NCBI GenBank assembly: GCA_051294375.1
Contig: CM119271.1
Coordinates: forward strand, 9,631,253 to 9,695,252
Source: Paraspadella gotoi
Lineage: Eukaryota; Animalia; Chaetognatha
Length of the DNA: 64,000 nt
Direction: 5' to 3'
Below the pieces are notes generated by a model. It was given only the letters and a program-made list of their open reading frames with translations, was not told the origin of the DNA and did not search any database. Of this stretch, positions 26,401-37,800 are shown one piece after another. Both the position numbers and the translations under genes were made by a program. Positions within the stretch are counted from its first letter, which is position 1, and every line of letters begins with the position of its first letter.

Positions 26401-27068
26401 ACTATAAGGAATAAATGTGATCAAAAGGAAATACATGTGATAATAAAGGCACTGCGGCGCAACACATTGGAATTCCCGTTCTTGTTTTTTCTCTCAATCA
26501 TTTAGCCTTCCTTCTTTTAAACTAGTTCGTTTGTTGACTATCATTTTATCCTCTTTGCACTGATCCTTTTCTTCCTTAATCAAGTTGAAACTCAATAATA
26601 TAAGACGTTTTTCAGGCTGTCTGTCTGTCTGTCTGTCTGTATGACAGCCAGGTCAGTTTGAGCCAAAGAAATAAAGAATAAAAGAACAATGCAATGCAAT
26701 GCAATGCAACTCGATTAGCCACCGGGTGGCGACTGAAGATCTCACGCTTATAGACGGGGTGAACTTAAAGCAATGCCCGACTACAGACCCAACATTATTT
26801 GTCACGCTCCGTCCTTGCCACGCTCCCTTCCTTGCCACGCCCTTCTCCTGGCCACGTCCCCTTCTTTGCCACGCCCCATTCCTTGCCACGCCCCCTTCCT
26901 TGCCACGCCCCCTTCCTTGACACGACCAACGCTACTCAGGGGACTCCGAAATGCGACGCGGTTGGCAGTCGACGGCCGAATTCACTCCGAGGGGAAAGTG
27001 TAAATGGGGCTACACGAAATTCATCAAAGTATCGAAACTACAGGAGAGGGCTAAAGTGAGCGGGATTG

Positions 27069-27139
<71 letters not shown>

Positions 27140-27476
27140 ATAATCGATGATGATTATTGAGGATGATAATTGATAATGATTGATGATGATGATGATGATG
27201 ATGATGATTGATAATTAAATGATGATTTATGATGATTATTATCATTGTTGATGATGCTAGCGATTAGGATGAAGATGATAACGGTTTAAGAAATTGAATT
27301 AACGATTTATAATAACAAGCAAATAAAAAACAACAAAAGTTATGCAACACGAAACAACAGCAACCGCACAAAACAAGTTTCCTGATTTGTTTTCCCTTCA
27401 GGACTACGTGACCGACCACGGACAGCTTCAGTTCGAGATCGATTTCGTCCCCGAAAGAATTCAGTCCTGGTTTTAA
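8772..27476 (+). CDS. BTB/POZ-BACK protein with C-terminal MATH-like domain (whole gene, ~16 exons)
   Basis: Exons approx 8772-8880, 9474-9589, 18983-19049, 19375-19505, 20027-20179, 20451-20551, 21208-21314, 21735-21848, 22335-22409, 22692-22810, 23458-23552, 24050-24276, 25324-25443, 25811-25931, ~26105-26197, 27402-27476. BTB motifs LADTEL, VHSIVLSSRS, LHDFVDILY. BACK motifs LPVSEEELVDF, LLELVRFPTL. MATH-like strands LQWIAETY, LFLYC, WKALV..FKIKN, YVTDHGQLQFEIDF. Frames of several middle exons are ambiguous. Confidence 0.8.
9474..9589 (+). CDS. BTB gene exon 2
   Basis: ...KTVSILVHSIVLSSRSQ (BTB HxxVLxxRS motif); CAG acceptor, GTTGGG donor; phase matches exon 1. Confidence 0.85.
9990..10950 (+). 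mobile_element. Helentron-associated non-autonomous element (HINE/DINE-1-like), family A copy 1
   Basis: Inserted in a T-run. 5' hairpin GTCGGATCTGC-TTATCA-GCAGATTCCGAC, (GTCC)-type microsatellite, internal tandem units, 3' subterminal IR CAGATCCGAC (10921-10930), then GTTTG-CT-CAAAC hairpin and T-run. Confidence 0.78.
12519..14340 (+). mobile_element. HINE/DINE-1-like element, family A copy 2
   Basis: Same 5' hairpin and 3' GCAGATACGACATTGTTTGCTCAAACTTG end; about 5 internal tandem units (13280-14190) and an extra internal segment (~12670-13210). Confidence 0.78.
15494..17220. mobile_element. Non-autonomous foldback DNA transposon, hAT-like
   Basis: ~550-bp imperfect terminal inverted repeats beginning TAGACCTCCC and ending GGGAGCTCTA; exact 8-bp TSD ATGTTTAA at 15486-15493 and 17221-17228; no transposase ORF. 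Confidence 0.88.
17287..17887. mobile_element. ~600-bp MITE, TA-flanked (Tc1/mariner-like)
   Basis: Terminal IR TAGTAAGGCGG...CCGCCTTACTA, with further internal inverted matches (AGTTCTGTTATATAAA / TTTATATGACAGAACT; AACGGATTC / GAATCCGTT). Confidence 0.75.
18983..19049 (+). CDS. BTB gene exon 3
   Basis: VMERQIMDQKRRLTTRQAKYIL; GAG acceptor, GTGAGT donor; phases fit both neighbours. Confidence 0.7.
19375..19505 (+). CDS. BTB gene exon 4
   Basis: EVEGANVSKEVLHDFVDILYFEDVDFSESNVLGLVQCCKQFGMQ, BTB C-terminal half. Confidence 0.88.
19471..19680 (+). repeat. 50-bp tandem repeat spanning the exon 4 donor site
   Basis: GCTTGGT..AG....CAAGCAGTT....ATGCAG units begin at 19471, 19521, 19571 and 19621. 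Confidence 0.88.
19738..19940 (+). mobile_element. HINE-like family B, truncated copy
   Basis: Shares TTTTAGTTGCGCCGCGAGTACTCG and CTAGCGCCGCCTTCAGGAAATCCTAA with 26249-26490. Confidence 0.7.
20027..20179 (+). CDS. BTB gene exon 5 (BTB-BACK junction)
   Basis: GQMLERCGDCLVKTLHLYNVVQYLELSLAYGLSMLKKECLGIIQCSKTLFQ; AAG acceptor, apparent GC donor. Confidence 0.85.
20451..20551 (+). CDS. BTB gene exon 6 (BACK)
   Basis: NPFLYKNISIDILSLIFTLDPLPVSEEELVDFA; CAG acceptor; donor appears to be GG. Confidence 0.78.
20725..20990 (-). repeat. Inverted copy of the dispersed repeat at 800-1095
   Basis: TATTCCCCGATCTAATACT...GTCCAAAGTCAG...GAATGGATAATTTT...CCAATTTCAT is the reverse complement of the 800-1095 copy. 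Confidence 0.8.
21106..21176 (+). repeat. 25-bp tandem repeat x3
   Basis: CTCCTCCCCGCCACCTGCTCGCCAC repeated just upstream of the exon 7 acceptor. Confidence 0.9.
21208..21314 (+). CDS. BTB gene exon 7 (BACK end)
   Basis: AWKSMASPASSVTPAKFDQLLELVRFPTLTTKYLT; CAG acceptor, GTAAGT donor. Confidence 0.85.
21735..21848 (+). CDS. BTB gene exon 8
   Basis: CAG/GT-bounded GC-rich block. The best-looking frame, PPLHLRLLSVEDQHLVMCDALNLQSQQTRKSRFSSVPR, is 1 nt out of phase with exon 7. Confidence 0.65.
22335..22409 (+). CDS. BTB gene exon 9 (frame ambiguous)
   Basis: CAG acceptor, GTAGAG donor, open in two frames, sits between microsatellite-rich introns. Confidence 0.6.
22692..22810 (+). CDS. BTB gene exon 10 (frame ambiguous)
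   Basis: AAG acceptor, GTTTGG donor, CpG-rich block open in two frames. Confidence 0.6.
23458..23552 (+). CDS. BTB gene exon 11
   Basis: SLGIFRESRLTYRPRHFLSLEQESGTHIPLQ; CAG acceptor after (CT)n, GTGAGT donor. Confidence 0.68.
24050..24276 (+). CDS. BTB gene exon 12
   Basis: SASETLQQLKERLSTRF...NWPEDWRHRMVSIKFK; AAG acceptor, GTTGTG donor; phases fit. Confidence 0.72.
25324..25443 (+). CDS. BTB gene exon 13 (MATH-like)
   Basis: IAARSLFGSKKDATKMSKPKIVDNLQWIAETYCKDGEHVE; AAG acceptor, GTTGGA donor. Confidence 0.75.
25811..25931 (+). CDS. BTB gene exon 14 (MATH-like)
   Basis: LFLYCGGEAHGMNFLGNNNRESDWKALVHVAQFKIKNWLT; CAG acceptor, GTGAAA donor. Confidence 0.75.
26105..26197 (+). CDS. Probable BTB gene exon 15 (frame unresolved)
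   Basis: CAG acceptor, GTGAAT donor, GC-rich block, but no single frame satisfies both neighbouring phases. Confidence 0.4.
26249..26490 (+). mobile_element. HINE/DINE-1-like element, family B (complete)
   Basis: T-run, subTIR GTTGCGCCGC (26255-26264) with 5' hairpin CCGCGAGTACTCGCGG, GTCGGTCCGTCGGT microsatellite, 3' subTIR GCGGCGCAAC (26454-26463), short hairpin, T-run. Confidence 0.75.
26812..26925 (+). repeat. ~16-17-bp minisatellite (CCTTGCCACGCCCCTT) inside a dispersed repeat
   Basis: About 6-7 units; duplicate at ~53450-53560; the upstream motif GCAATGCCCGACTACAG also occurs at ~62430. Confidence 0.85.
27402..27476 (+). CDS. BTB gene terminal exon (MATH-like last strands)
   Basis: TTTCCCTTCAG acceptor; DYVTDHGQLQFEIDFVPERIQSWF*; an indel-damaged duplicate lies at ~54044-54119. 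Confidence 0.68.
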   Translation, partial: DYVTDHGQLQFEIDFVPERIQSWF

Positions 27477-27622
27477 AATCCAGAGAGAGTTGAAAGTGTT
27501 ACGTGAAAGGGTTCGTTGAAATGAAAGACTTTTTTGAACTAAAAAGCTTAAGAAATAAACGAAGTCTCTTATTGAACGATATATCATATTTTGAATTNNN
27601 NNNNNNNNNNNNNNNNNNNNNN

Positions 27623-28839
27623 ATGAGCAGCTGACATTCTTTTTGTTGAGAGAGAGTTTATTATAACTTCTTCTTTTTCGGTCTCGCAAAACAAGGACCA
27701 CCATATGTGACCACATTTATGGAGAATGTAGATCCACATGATTTGTTAACCTCATTTTACGTTTTACAAGGCCCAAAAAGAAAATAGACGAAGTTTTCGT
27801 TGTTTGGGGGAGAAGAGGGGGAGGGCAAGTTAGAGTAGAGGAGGCAGAGGAGAGAGAGAGAGAGAGAGAGAAAGAAGAGAGACGAGAGAGAGAGAGAGAC
27901 GCAGAGAGAGCAGAGAGAGAGAGAGAGAGGAAATCCGATAAGCTCTGTGAAAAGTAGCGAAAAAACAGTCACGAGCCTGAGAAGAACTTTTTCTTTTCGG
28001 GGGTAGGATATTTGTAGGAGATCAATCACACAAAGACACTTCAGAACCCAGGAAAGTTTGTGTCCAGTGATGCAAGGCAGCGTGAGAGAGAAGAGCAGGA
28101 GAGAGGAGAGCGAGATGGAGAGAGAGAGAGAGAAGAGAGAAGAGAGACGAGAGCAGAGAGACCATCAGGGAATACAAGTTTAAAGAACGAACGCTGGGCT
28201 TGTATGCGACGACGACGACGAGAGACGACGACGACGACTGTGCCGAATCGGAGAGACCACTGGGAACCGAGCGGCGAGAATAGAATACACGTGGATTGAT
28301 GAGAAGAAGAACAAAAGGAACAAAGGGAAGAAGAGAGAAAGGAAAAAGAGAAGAGAGAAAAACAAAAAGGAACAAAAAGAGAAGATGAACCCATTTGGGA
28401 CGGGGGGAAAGTAGGAGAAATAAAGGAAGAAAATAGAAAAATAGAAAGAAGAAGAAGAAATAGAGAGAGAAATTTAGTAAAAGGAAAAGAGAATTCAGGA
28501 GAAAAATTGATCTGGGGGAAAAAAAAAAGACAAAGAAGAAACAGAGAGACAAAACAACCAAAGTAGAATTTAAAGGGGAAAACGACAAAGAAAAAAAAAC
28601 AAAGAAAATAAAGAAAGAAATAACATTGAACAGGAAGAAAAAAATGAGAAGTAAAAAAACCGGAGAAGAAGAGACGAGAAGAAGAGAAGAGAGAGGACGA
28701 GAAAGAGAAGCAATGTAGAAGAAAAGAAGCGGCCCCGTTTTCTGAATACGGCCGCCATAGAAGTGTCTTAGTGGAGTCTTGGACGCTGGCACTGAAAACG
28801 GTTGGCCTGTTAAGCATCGAGAGAGAGAGAGAGAGAGAA

Positions 28840-28885
<46 letters not shown>

Positions 28886-31800
28886 AGAGAGAGAGAGAGA
28901 GTCTACGAGCTAATAAAGACGCTAAGAAAGAATCCGCGATTTTAATAGACGCGGTTTAAATCAAGGAGGAATCGAGGAGTTGCGCCGCATGTCGATAGAG
29001 GGACTAAGGTTTGGAGGGCAAGGGTGACAGAGGTTTGATGATGATGATGATGAATGATGAATGATAGATGATGACATTGATGAGTGATGATGATGATGAT
29101 GGTGTGAAAGAAGATGACCGCAAAGCAGTCGGAAGACAACGACGACCCGAAGAGGACTGATGAAGAAAACTGCAAGCAATGCGACGGAACAGTATTATGT
29201 CAAGTCCAAGTCCCAAGTCTCAAGTCAGTCCCATAGCAGATACGCACAAGTTATACCAGAGATCGCAGTATGTGTTAAGCTTCAAATTCGCCGAGACGGC
29301 GAGATGGGAACAGGAACTGAAAGCTTCACGGTTACTGCTGATTTGCCATTACGCGAGCGGATTCGATCGATTGACGATGACGCGGACTTAATACAATGTC
29401 GCGCTGGAGAGTATTTTACGTATGCAATAATGAAATAACGGTGACGACGACGGAGACCAGAATGACTACGCTGAGAACTAGGATGACAATATACGATCAG
29501 GTATCTTCAAATGTAGCATAAGAAGGGATACATAGTGCGTTTTCGCATACGGAGCAGTACGACTATAATAGACTCGTAGCGCATAAATAGCACGAGTCAA
29601 GAAACACCGCAAACGCACGCACGAACCGAGATTGATATATATATAACGAAAGTGACCGAGATTGACACGGCGTGTGGTCGAAGACTGGATCACTCCAAGT
29701 GACATGACGACAAAATTAGAGCATGGATTGGACCGTCTGACTGAGAGACCGGATAAAGCACAGCGGAGCGTGAAGAGACGCGACGAACGGACGAATCGAG
29801 CGGTACGACGAACGCTAGGACGAGCGCATCTGAATTGCTGAGCTACAGGTCGACCCCCATCTTGCGGTCCCGAACGGACGGAGCTGTGAGGCTACTGCTC
29901 TTGCGTTCAGTTAGGTCCAGGCACTGATGTCTATGCCTGGCGTCGAATTGTAATTGGGCAGTCGCTCGAGAGTTAAGCCTCGTTCAGTTGGCCTCCGTCA
30001 TCTCTCTCTCCTCCTGCGCCATTCTCCTCTTTCTTCGACCAATTGGGCGGGGATTTGTTGTCTCACGATCGCTGACTTCATAGCTGTCTCGACAGTGGCG
30101 ATCGTCCCTCCTCCAATTGGGTCTCTCGCTCGGTTGCCGGGCCCCAAGGGTCTGGCTTCACCAGAGCGTGCGCGTCGCGCGTCAGGACGTGCGGTCTGGA
30201 TCAGGGCTGCGGTTCCAGCTGCCGAGGACCGAGACTTTCCAACGAACTAGGAGAGTCGTGAGTTTGACGAAATCTGGTACACCGGTTGTTAGCAAAAAAA
30301 AAAAGACACCGCGCAGATACTCAATATCTGTTCGAAGGAAAAGGGCGACGAGTTTGGACGTAGTATTCATCTTAGACTCAGGCTGTGACCGGAGAAATTA
30401 GAAATTGAGAAATTCGCCTGAAAAACGAAACGGAGTAGTCAGTGCATGGAGAGCATAGAAGCCGCTATTGCTACATGCTACCATAATCAAATATAAGATA
30501 GATACTGCAGCATCCTTTGATGGTTATCCAATGAATAGATATAAATCAGATATGCTATGGTAATTAAGACTTCGCAACAATTGCAGAGTCTGCATGTTCG
30601 GGTTTTTGATGCCAGGTTCGACTGAGAGGTTTTTTTGTTCAAATTTGGCATTTATTAAATGTTGTACTAAACATTGTTTAGATATTTGATTAAACATTGT
30701 GTTTATGCAAGACTGCTTCTCTTTGCCCCTTTCATCTTTTGCACTTCTGTTCTCTAGTGTTATTGCACTCCGCTAACAATTTCACTTACCCTGCTTCACT
30801 TACCTCACTTCATTCACTCCTTCACTGACTCACTTCATTCAGTCATCACATCCCTTACTTCATTTTCATCACTTCACGACCCCACTTCACTTATCTTCTT
30901 CCCAGCTGCTTCTCAGCTCTTCACCCCTCCTTTCAATCTCTCCTCACTTTTCTTTTTTTGGTGCATGTTTATTTTCACGCTGACTGCGTCGAAATCATCG
31001 TCGTCCGTCGTCGTCGTCGTCGGAAACCGATGAAGAACGTCCTTTTCACGTTTGGTAGTTTGTTCTGTCGTCGTCGTTCGTCGCGTCATCTTTCTTTCTG
31101 CCCGATGCAGGTTGAAATAAAATCCGCCCGTGTGAAATATATAACGGAACCTCCTCCGTTCACAGTCGCACATCGATTCCTCACAGGCGTTTTCTTCATA
31201 GTCGGTTTTAGTGATTCGCCGCTCCGTGAAAACCGGTTAACAAAAACAAAAAAAAACTGATTAAATTAGTCAATTGTTTTTTTAGGAATTTGTTTCCCGT
31301 TTAGTCGTGTCGCTTGTTGTTTTGCCCATCTCCCTGTTTGGCCGCAAGATGAAAAAATCCATCGAAGGGTATGGCGACTCTGTTATTGCTTCAGCGAATT
31401 GAAGCCATCCCCCGGCGGTCGAGCGGTCTGGCATGGGGGGCGGCAAGGGGGCGGCAGGGTACGGCGAGGGGACAGGGTTAGGGGGCGTCGTGCGGCGGAA
31501 TCCCCGACTCTCGCGAACAGAAGGTTTTTTAACTTCGAATTCTTTGGATTTTATTAGAAGAAAATTAGTACTCCGATGATCTTTTATTTTTTGGAGGGGG
31601 GAGCAAAGGGGGCAAGAGGGGGGGTTGTGGGTTGAAAGGCAAACTTTTTGTCTTCGGTTTTGGTTTTTTTTCTTTTTTTTGTTTGTGGGCATCTTTTTTT
31701 CTCGTTTCGTTCTTTCTTTCTTATCCTTTCCTTTTCTTTGTTATTTTCTGTAATTTTTTCTCAAAGTAAATTCTTGCATTCTCTCTCTTTCTTTCTTTCT

Positions 31801-34800
31801 TGATGTCTGGTTTCCTTTTTTTTTAATCTTAGTCCTTTCTTCTCTTCTTCTTCTTTCCTTTCCTTTCTTTTATTCTATTTCTTCTCTTTCTTTCTTTTTC
31901 TTTGTTTTCTTTCTTTTTTTTTATTGACATTGCCCCTTTTTGTCTTACTCGTCATTATCTTTATCCTTATAATTTTTTCTTTCTCGTTTTTTCCTCTAAA
32001 AATTTCACCGGGTACAAAAAAAAAAAAACGCCATAATTGTAGTAAGAAAACCAGATCATTCACCAGGATACTTCACCGCTGTAGAAGACATTAGTGTGGG
32101 GTGAAAGGCCACTAGAGTCAAATCGACACCAATACTTCTCGTACTCACCGGTTCAGTTAATTGCCACACCATGTCAGAGCCAATCGTCCTGCGATACACC
32201 CTCAAACTTGTTATGACTCTGTCATACCTCGATATCTTATTCAATTCTTTATCTCCGTCAACCTTTCCCACCGCAGGCTTGTAGTTATAACTATAGTGTT
32301 TCATAACATTGCGGTAACGTTAGAGAAAACCCCATACAAAAATTATCCATTCATCTCCAATATAGAATTTTTTTTTTGCCCTGAATGTTGGACTGTGGCC
32401 TGGAGGTGGGCCTCACGTGACTATTAGCGACACCTAGCAAATACGATAGCATCGGAACCAAGCATAGATGGTCGCAATGGCTCATCACATTCTCCCAGTC
32501 TGCCAAGTCAGACAGTCCCATTCTACTTCGCAACTCGTCGCTGTCCCTTAAAGAATTTCCGTTGGTCAGTCTCGGTCGGGAATTCGTCGGTCAGTAGTTT
32601 AGATTAAATTAAACGGCCATGCCGAGAGTGTCGTTTGTGTTTATCTTTGAAAGGGACTACTGGAGTTAGGACAGTTTTGTATGGTCTTTTGGAGTTAAAT
32701 TAGTGCGATAGCGGTGATACATCTCGGTCATATACGCCATACGTCTTCTGGTCACTGATGAGTCGATCATGTAGAACTAAGTCATAATATGTAGCGCTGT
32801 AGTTGTCTAGACGTCATTGGCTATCTGCCCTAATATGATTGTTCAAATATACGACCGTACGATGCAGCCACACGCTGCGAATCGCGTATCAGACGAGCGG
32901 CTCGTTACTAGGAATAGGAACGAAGGCACGATCAATGTGACATTCGCGCATACAGCCGGATGTCGGTAGCAGTGTACACGACGCGGGGATTAATACTCTG
33001 GATGTATTGGGCATAAGCTCACTGCACGATGTATGCCTAGAGACACCATAGTGACGTTCGTTTACCTGCTCTTGCAGCGGCGCCGACTGTGCCAGCCGGA
33101 ATCTGATGTCTCTTCAGCCTCTATGATATAGAGTGAGATATATCTACTGGCGAGGAGTACTAGGCATCCGCTGCTGATCAGCATAGTGTGACGAGCTCAT
33201 GACGAGAGATAGCGGTCGCTCGTTGGAGGTATGCTTGTCGGAGAGGTTCGATCATTAGACGAAGGCTCAGAGAGTGGAAGCAGCAGTATACGTAGGCCGA
33301 TCGTTGTTGGAGTACCTAGTTCCTAGATTGCATATCAGCTTGATGTACTAGATGGTGGCGTCCGGCGTTAGTAGAGGAGCGTCTGCATGCGTTCGTTGGC
33401 TCTGTACTGACGTCACTGCGTTAGACGTATACCACGGCTTTCAGAATCGTGCTATCTATAGCCGTATCTATACGTAACATTCATGCAACGTACTGGAGCT
33501 GAGTCAAGGATCATGATGACTACCAATCTTGGCCGTAGGTCTTGCATGCTCATATCAGTCACGGGAATGTATGCTGCGGTAGGGTTACTCGTTGCGTACT
33601 GTCTACACGAGTGCCGTTGCGCTTCAGCAAGACTCGCGTCACACGCGTGTCGCGATTCATCGAGAGAGATATGTGCCGGTGACGTACTGTGTAGCATCGA
33701 TGTATCGGACTTCACGCTGAGGATGCGATCACGGTCTTGTACTGGTAGTTATGATCAGGGCGTTTCACTCATAGAGCCAGCAGCTGTCCGAGGACGGCTG
33801 ACGAGTGAGTTCACAGCATGAGAAGTCTGCTACCTAGTCTGAAGTAGAGTAAGTCCAGGGTTAAACTTACTGCCGGCATCTACGCCAGGTAGACAGAGTC
33901 ACGTGGACTATCGTCGTAGCACGCGAGGGATCACGCAGTCCTGGCTCTTGAGCTGCTGAATTAGTCGAGTGAGTTAAATATAGCAGATCGTGAGAGACAC
34001 GCGTCGAGTATAGAGCTAGTGGACGGATGTGCGCGCGTGTGGCATTGATACTCGTGATATGACTTTCGTGACGTGTGTCGCGTAGTAGTGAGAATGTTTC
34101 TGATTGTCTGCTGATCGTATAGTAGGTGTCTCTCCGCGTTGCTACTAGCGGTGTCGAGATCATTGGAGTACATGAACGTCAGCATCTGAATACTAGAGCC
34201 GCCTGCTAAGATCGCTCGATGTGTGTAGCAGTTAGTTATGCACCGACGCTATCGTTCTCATTGATTAGTAGAGCAGCATGCACCGAAGACATCGTCCTCG
34301 CCTCGCGATCTGCGTCGTGTGTCGTCGGATAGGCTGCGACATCTATGGCGTCTCGTGCTACGCAGGCCAAGTCGACATTGCGATAGACTGATCATCGATA
34401 ACTGCGCCGTGCACTTTATCTGCATTCGCAAGTCGTGGAGCCTATCGGTCCTAAGCTGCCTAGTCTTGTACGGACAGCATAGCTGAGTGTGTAGGAGACA
34501 TATCATGTAGACTTAGTTCTGCAGCTGATATCATTCTCGATAGTACGTAGACAGAAGTCAGACGCTGCTGATCGGACAGAGCGCTCGCGATAGCATACAC
34601 ACGCAACTGCTTGGTGCATTACTCGTCCCGGCTGCGGGTGTGGACTCAGCAGAGTCCTGAGACGATTCGGCCACGCCGGTGAAGTGCAGACTTGCGGTGG
34701 TATGCGTGAGCATAGACGCTCGGACGTCCTATGAGCTGGATCTGGTCGCCATGTGAGTTTCAAATCCGTAGTTACAGGGCTGTCTAAGGCCTCACGCAGC

Positions 34801-37800
34801 GTGTATTAGACTGCTGCGCCGTCGATCCCGCGCCGCGTCCTGAATTTAGCTGAGCGACAGGTGGCAATGGTGACTACGTCCAGTACTTCTTACCTACGAG
34901 TGGAGCTTCATTCGGCCTGGTTCGTCTTCTGGTAAGTCATCGCGTATATAGGTTGAGTGACGACAAATATGCTGCCACTATGCTGCGTTATCGAAGATTG
35001 GCCATCAAAACGTGTGGAGTATTATGATGTCATCTGGCCAAAAAGTTCACGGATACAGTTAGAAATAAACGACTTCTTCCTGAGCAGGGTAGGTGTAAAA
35101 CATGTGTATTCTCTCTCGCATCCAAGGACAAAGCTAGTCAGAGCGTCCGCGTGCCGTTCCACGCGATCTAAGGTGGTTGGTGAGACCAACGACTCCTGCG
35201 ATATTAGCTGCGTATCCTGCGCGGATATGTCTATTGTGCTTATCACCCAGTGCTGCATGTCTCGATTGCACTAGACCGAAGCAGTACCACAAGTGGACTG
35301 CGCTGCGCACTCCGCAAGTTCTCGTTGCAAGCATTAGAAGTCGTTATGACTGAAATATGTATCGACGATGGGACAGCAGTACGGCGAATCGGTCGCTACT
35401 GTGCTGAGGCATAGACTAGTGCTACTGGCGCCGTAGTGTCGAGCGAGTGCAGCGCAGTCCGGAGTGTGATGACCTCTATCAAGCGGACAAAGCGGTGAGG
35501 ACGATCGAACGGTAACGTAACACTGAGCGTCGTACGGTCGTGTTCGCGTGCTTCTGAGGCGCTCATGATATGATAGTTGGACATTCCGAACGGTCGTAGA
35601 GAACCGATTCGTGCAGAGATGGATACATCTGCAGTTCTTACGATACTGCATACCCTCGCCATGTGTTGTAGTCGTATGACCGTCGATAGGATCCGGTCCG
35701 CATACGCTATGCATTGAGTAGATAGACACGACCTGATGCTGAGCATAGAGGTCTGCAGATGTCTGCTCCGTAGTCTCATATCTGAGGAATACATGGATTG
35801 CCGACCCCAGGATCGATGAAGCGTCTTTTAGCTTATCGCATAGGATGGGTCGTGTTATCTAGATTTAGTGACCCAGCAGTACTAATACCATAGGAAGAGC
35901 GTGAGTATAGTTGTTGAGGTAGTCTAGAGTAGAGTTCTTCTTCTCTAGGTTGAGGGATGGTCGCCGAGGACGCGTAGCTCTAATTTAGGGGTGACTGGCT
36001 TCGGCCGGGCCGGAGATCGCTGAAATATGCTTCATGCTTACTGTCAGTCGCTGTAATATAGTTACCTCAGAGTCGGTGGATGAATGGATACCAACAACAT
36101 CTCGAGTGGCCTCCCGCTCTCGTCTCGTGTCCCTTGCTGACGTTAGTATTGCATCTCCCACGTCTGATCGTGAGTGATGCGCATGTCTTATAGTCCACAG
36201 TTGGAGGGCTATCCGTTCTAAGTTTACGCGGCGGTTCAACTGACGAGACCACATCGAGCGATCCGAACGCTACCGGTGGACAGCCAGGATCCGGCATGTA
36301 CCTTAACTGATCTTGTAGTAGGCAGATGACGGTTCTGAGCTCACGCCGTGGGTTTATGACTTTATTTTAGGTATTGGTGATCGTAAATCGACTGAATAGA
36401 CTTTAATGCGCAGTTAAGATCATAAATAACAGCTATGCGTAATAGGTAGCAGGATCGTCCTCTAGCCCCTGCGCGCTATAATCCCACACGACTCGCCAGA
36501 ACTGCGTCACGTAGGTACAATTCGACAGTCTCTCTGCACCCGCATTAACCGTAGAATCATTGACCCGGAAGATCAGTACTATAAGGTTCGGCTGCGACTC
36601 GCGATTCTGCTTGAGCGTCATACTCAGATTGCGTCATGTACGTGTACGGTATATGAGACGCCGCGCATCAGTACTTCGATATATAGCATTAGGAGAGCAA
36701 CGCAACTATGATCTTGAGAGAGGTCCCACTAGTAGCATAGAGAGTCGTCAACAGGGCGTACCTCTAATGGATAACATGCCAGCGACGCAGCGAGTGACGG
36801 CCGACGGCTAAGCTGTAGATATCTACGTGGATGAACGTGTTCATATTGGCTGAGAAAGCTGCGCAGTCATTACAGGGGAGTGTCTTGAAGGGTTATAAGT
36901 GCGCTAACTGCGTCAGGCCCAACTGTGAAAATGGTGACAGGGTGAACCAGCCGGCCGGTCTTCTTACCCCTCACTGACTGCGCTAGCCGTCCCACAATCA
37001 AGCAGTGTACTCGCTCCGGCAGTACACGATGTGGAGACAGCGAGCTCCGATTGCCTGTACATGCAGCTTGCTGCCTTGTTAAATGCTCGCGAGACATTCT
37101 CAGATCCTAGCGCCTTCGAGGAGACGTTATTCATATGTCCTCGTGTTACGACACGACGGTGCGTGACTGCGATAGCGACGGTCTATGCGCAGTAACGGGG
37201 TGCATTGTAATCGCAAAATGCTTACTAGACGCGCTCGAGTCCATTGGCATAGGGCCGCAAAAGCGTTATTCGACGTCCGGACGGCATGAGAGTTTCAACA
37301 CCAGTCCGGGTAATATGATCACGACTGTGGTCCGCCGGGTTGTTTAAGTTGATATTATGAGCATAGTTCGGTGTGAATCGAAGTCGGGAGGGACCAAAGT
37401 GCCTGTAATATCGAAATGGTAGCCACGAACGCGAGAACGAGGCCAACTGATTAATACGATCTACTAGAAAATCATCTTGTTAACGTATCACATAAGAAGT
37501 CGTAAGAGATCGATAGGCTATAGAAGAAAGCAAGACTCTTTAGCGGATTCTGTAGATCACTAGAGACATTAGATGTGACATTATCCATTTTCGACGTGAA
37601 GGACGGTGTTTATTATAATGAGGCGGCACCTCTAGTGGGAACCAGAGGTTGATATCAGATAGGCTGTTACATGTACACATCGTAGTGACTGCATGATTAT
37701 GTATCGTTATGTCGTTACTAACAGTGTAGGAAATGACGCGCACGACAGGAGATGTGCGGATATTCGACTCTTGTGAATCGGAGGCTACCGTGCATTAGCG

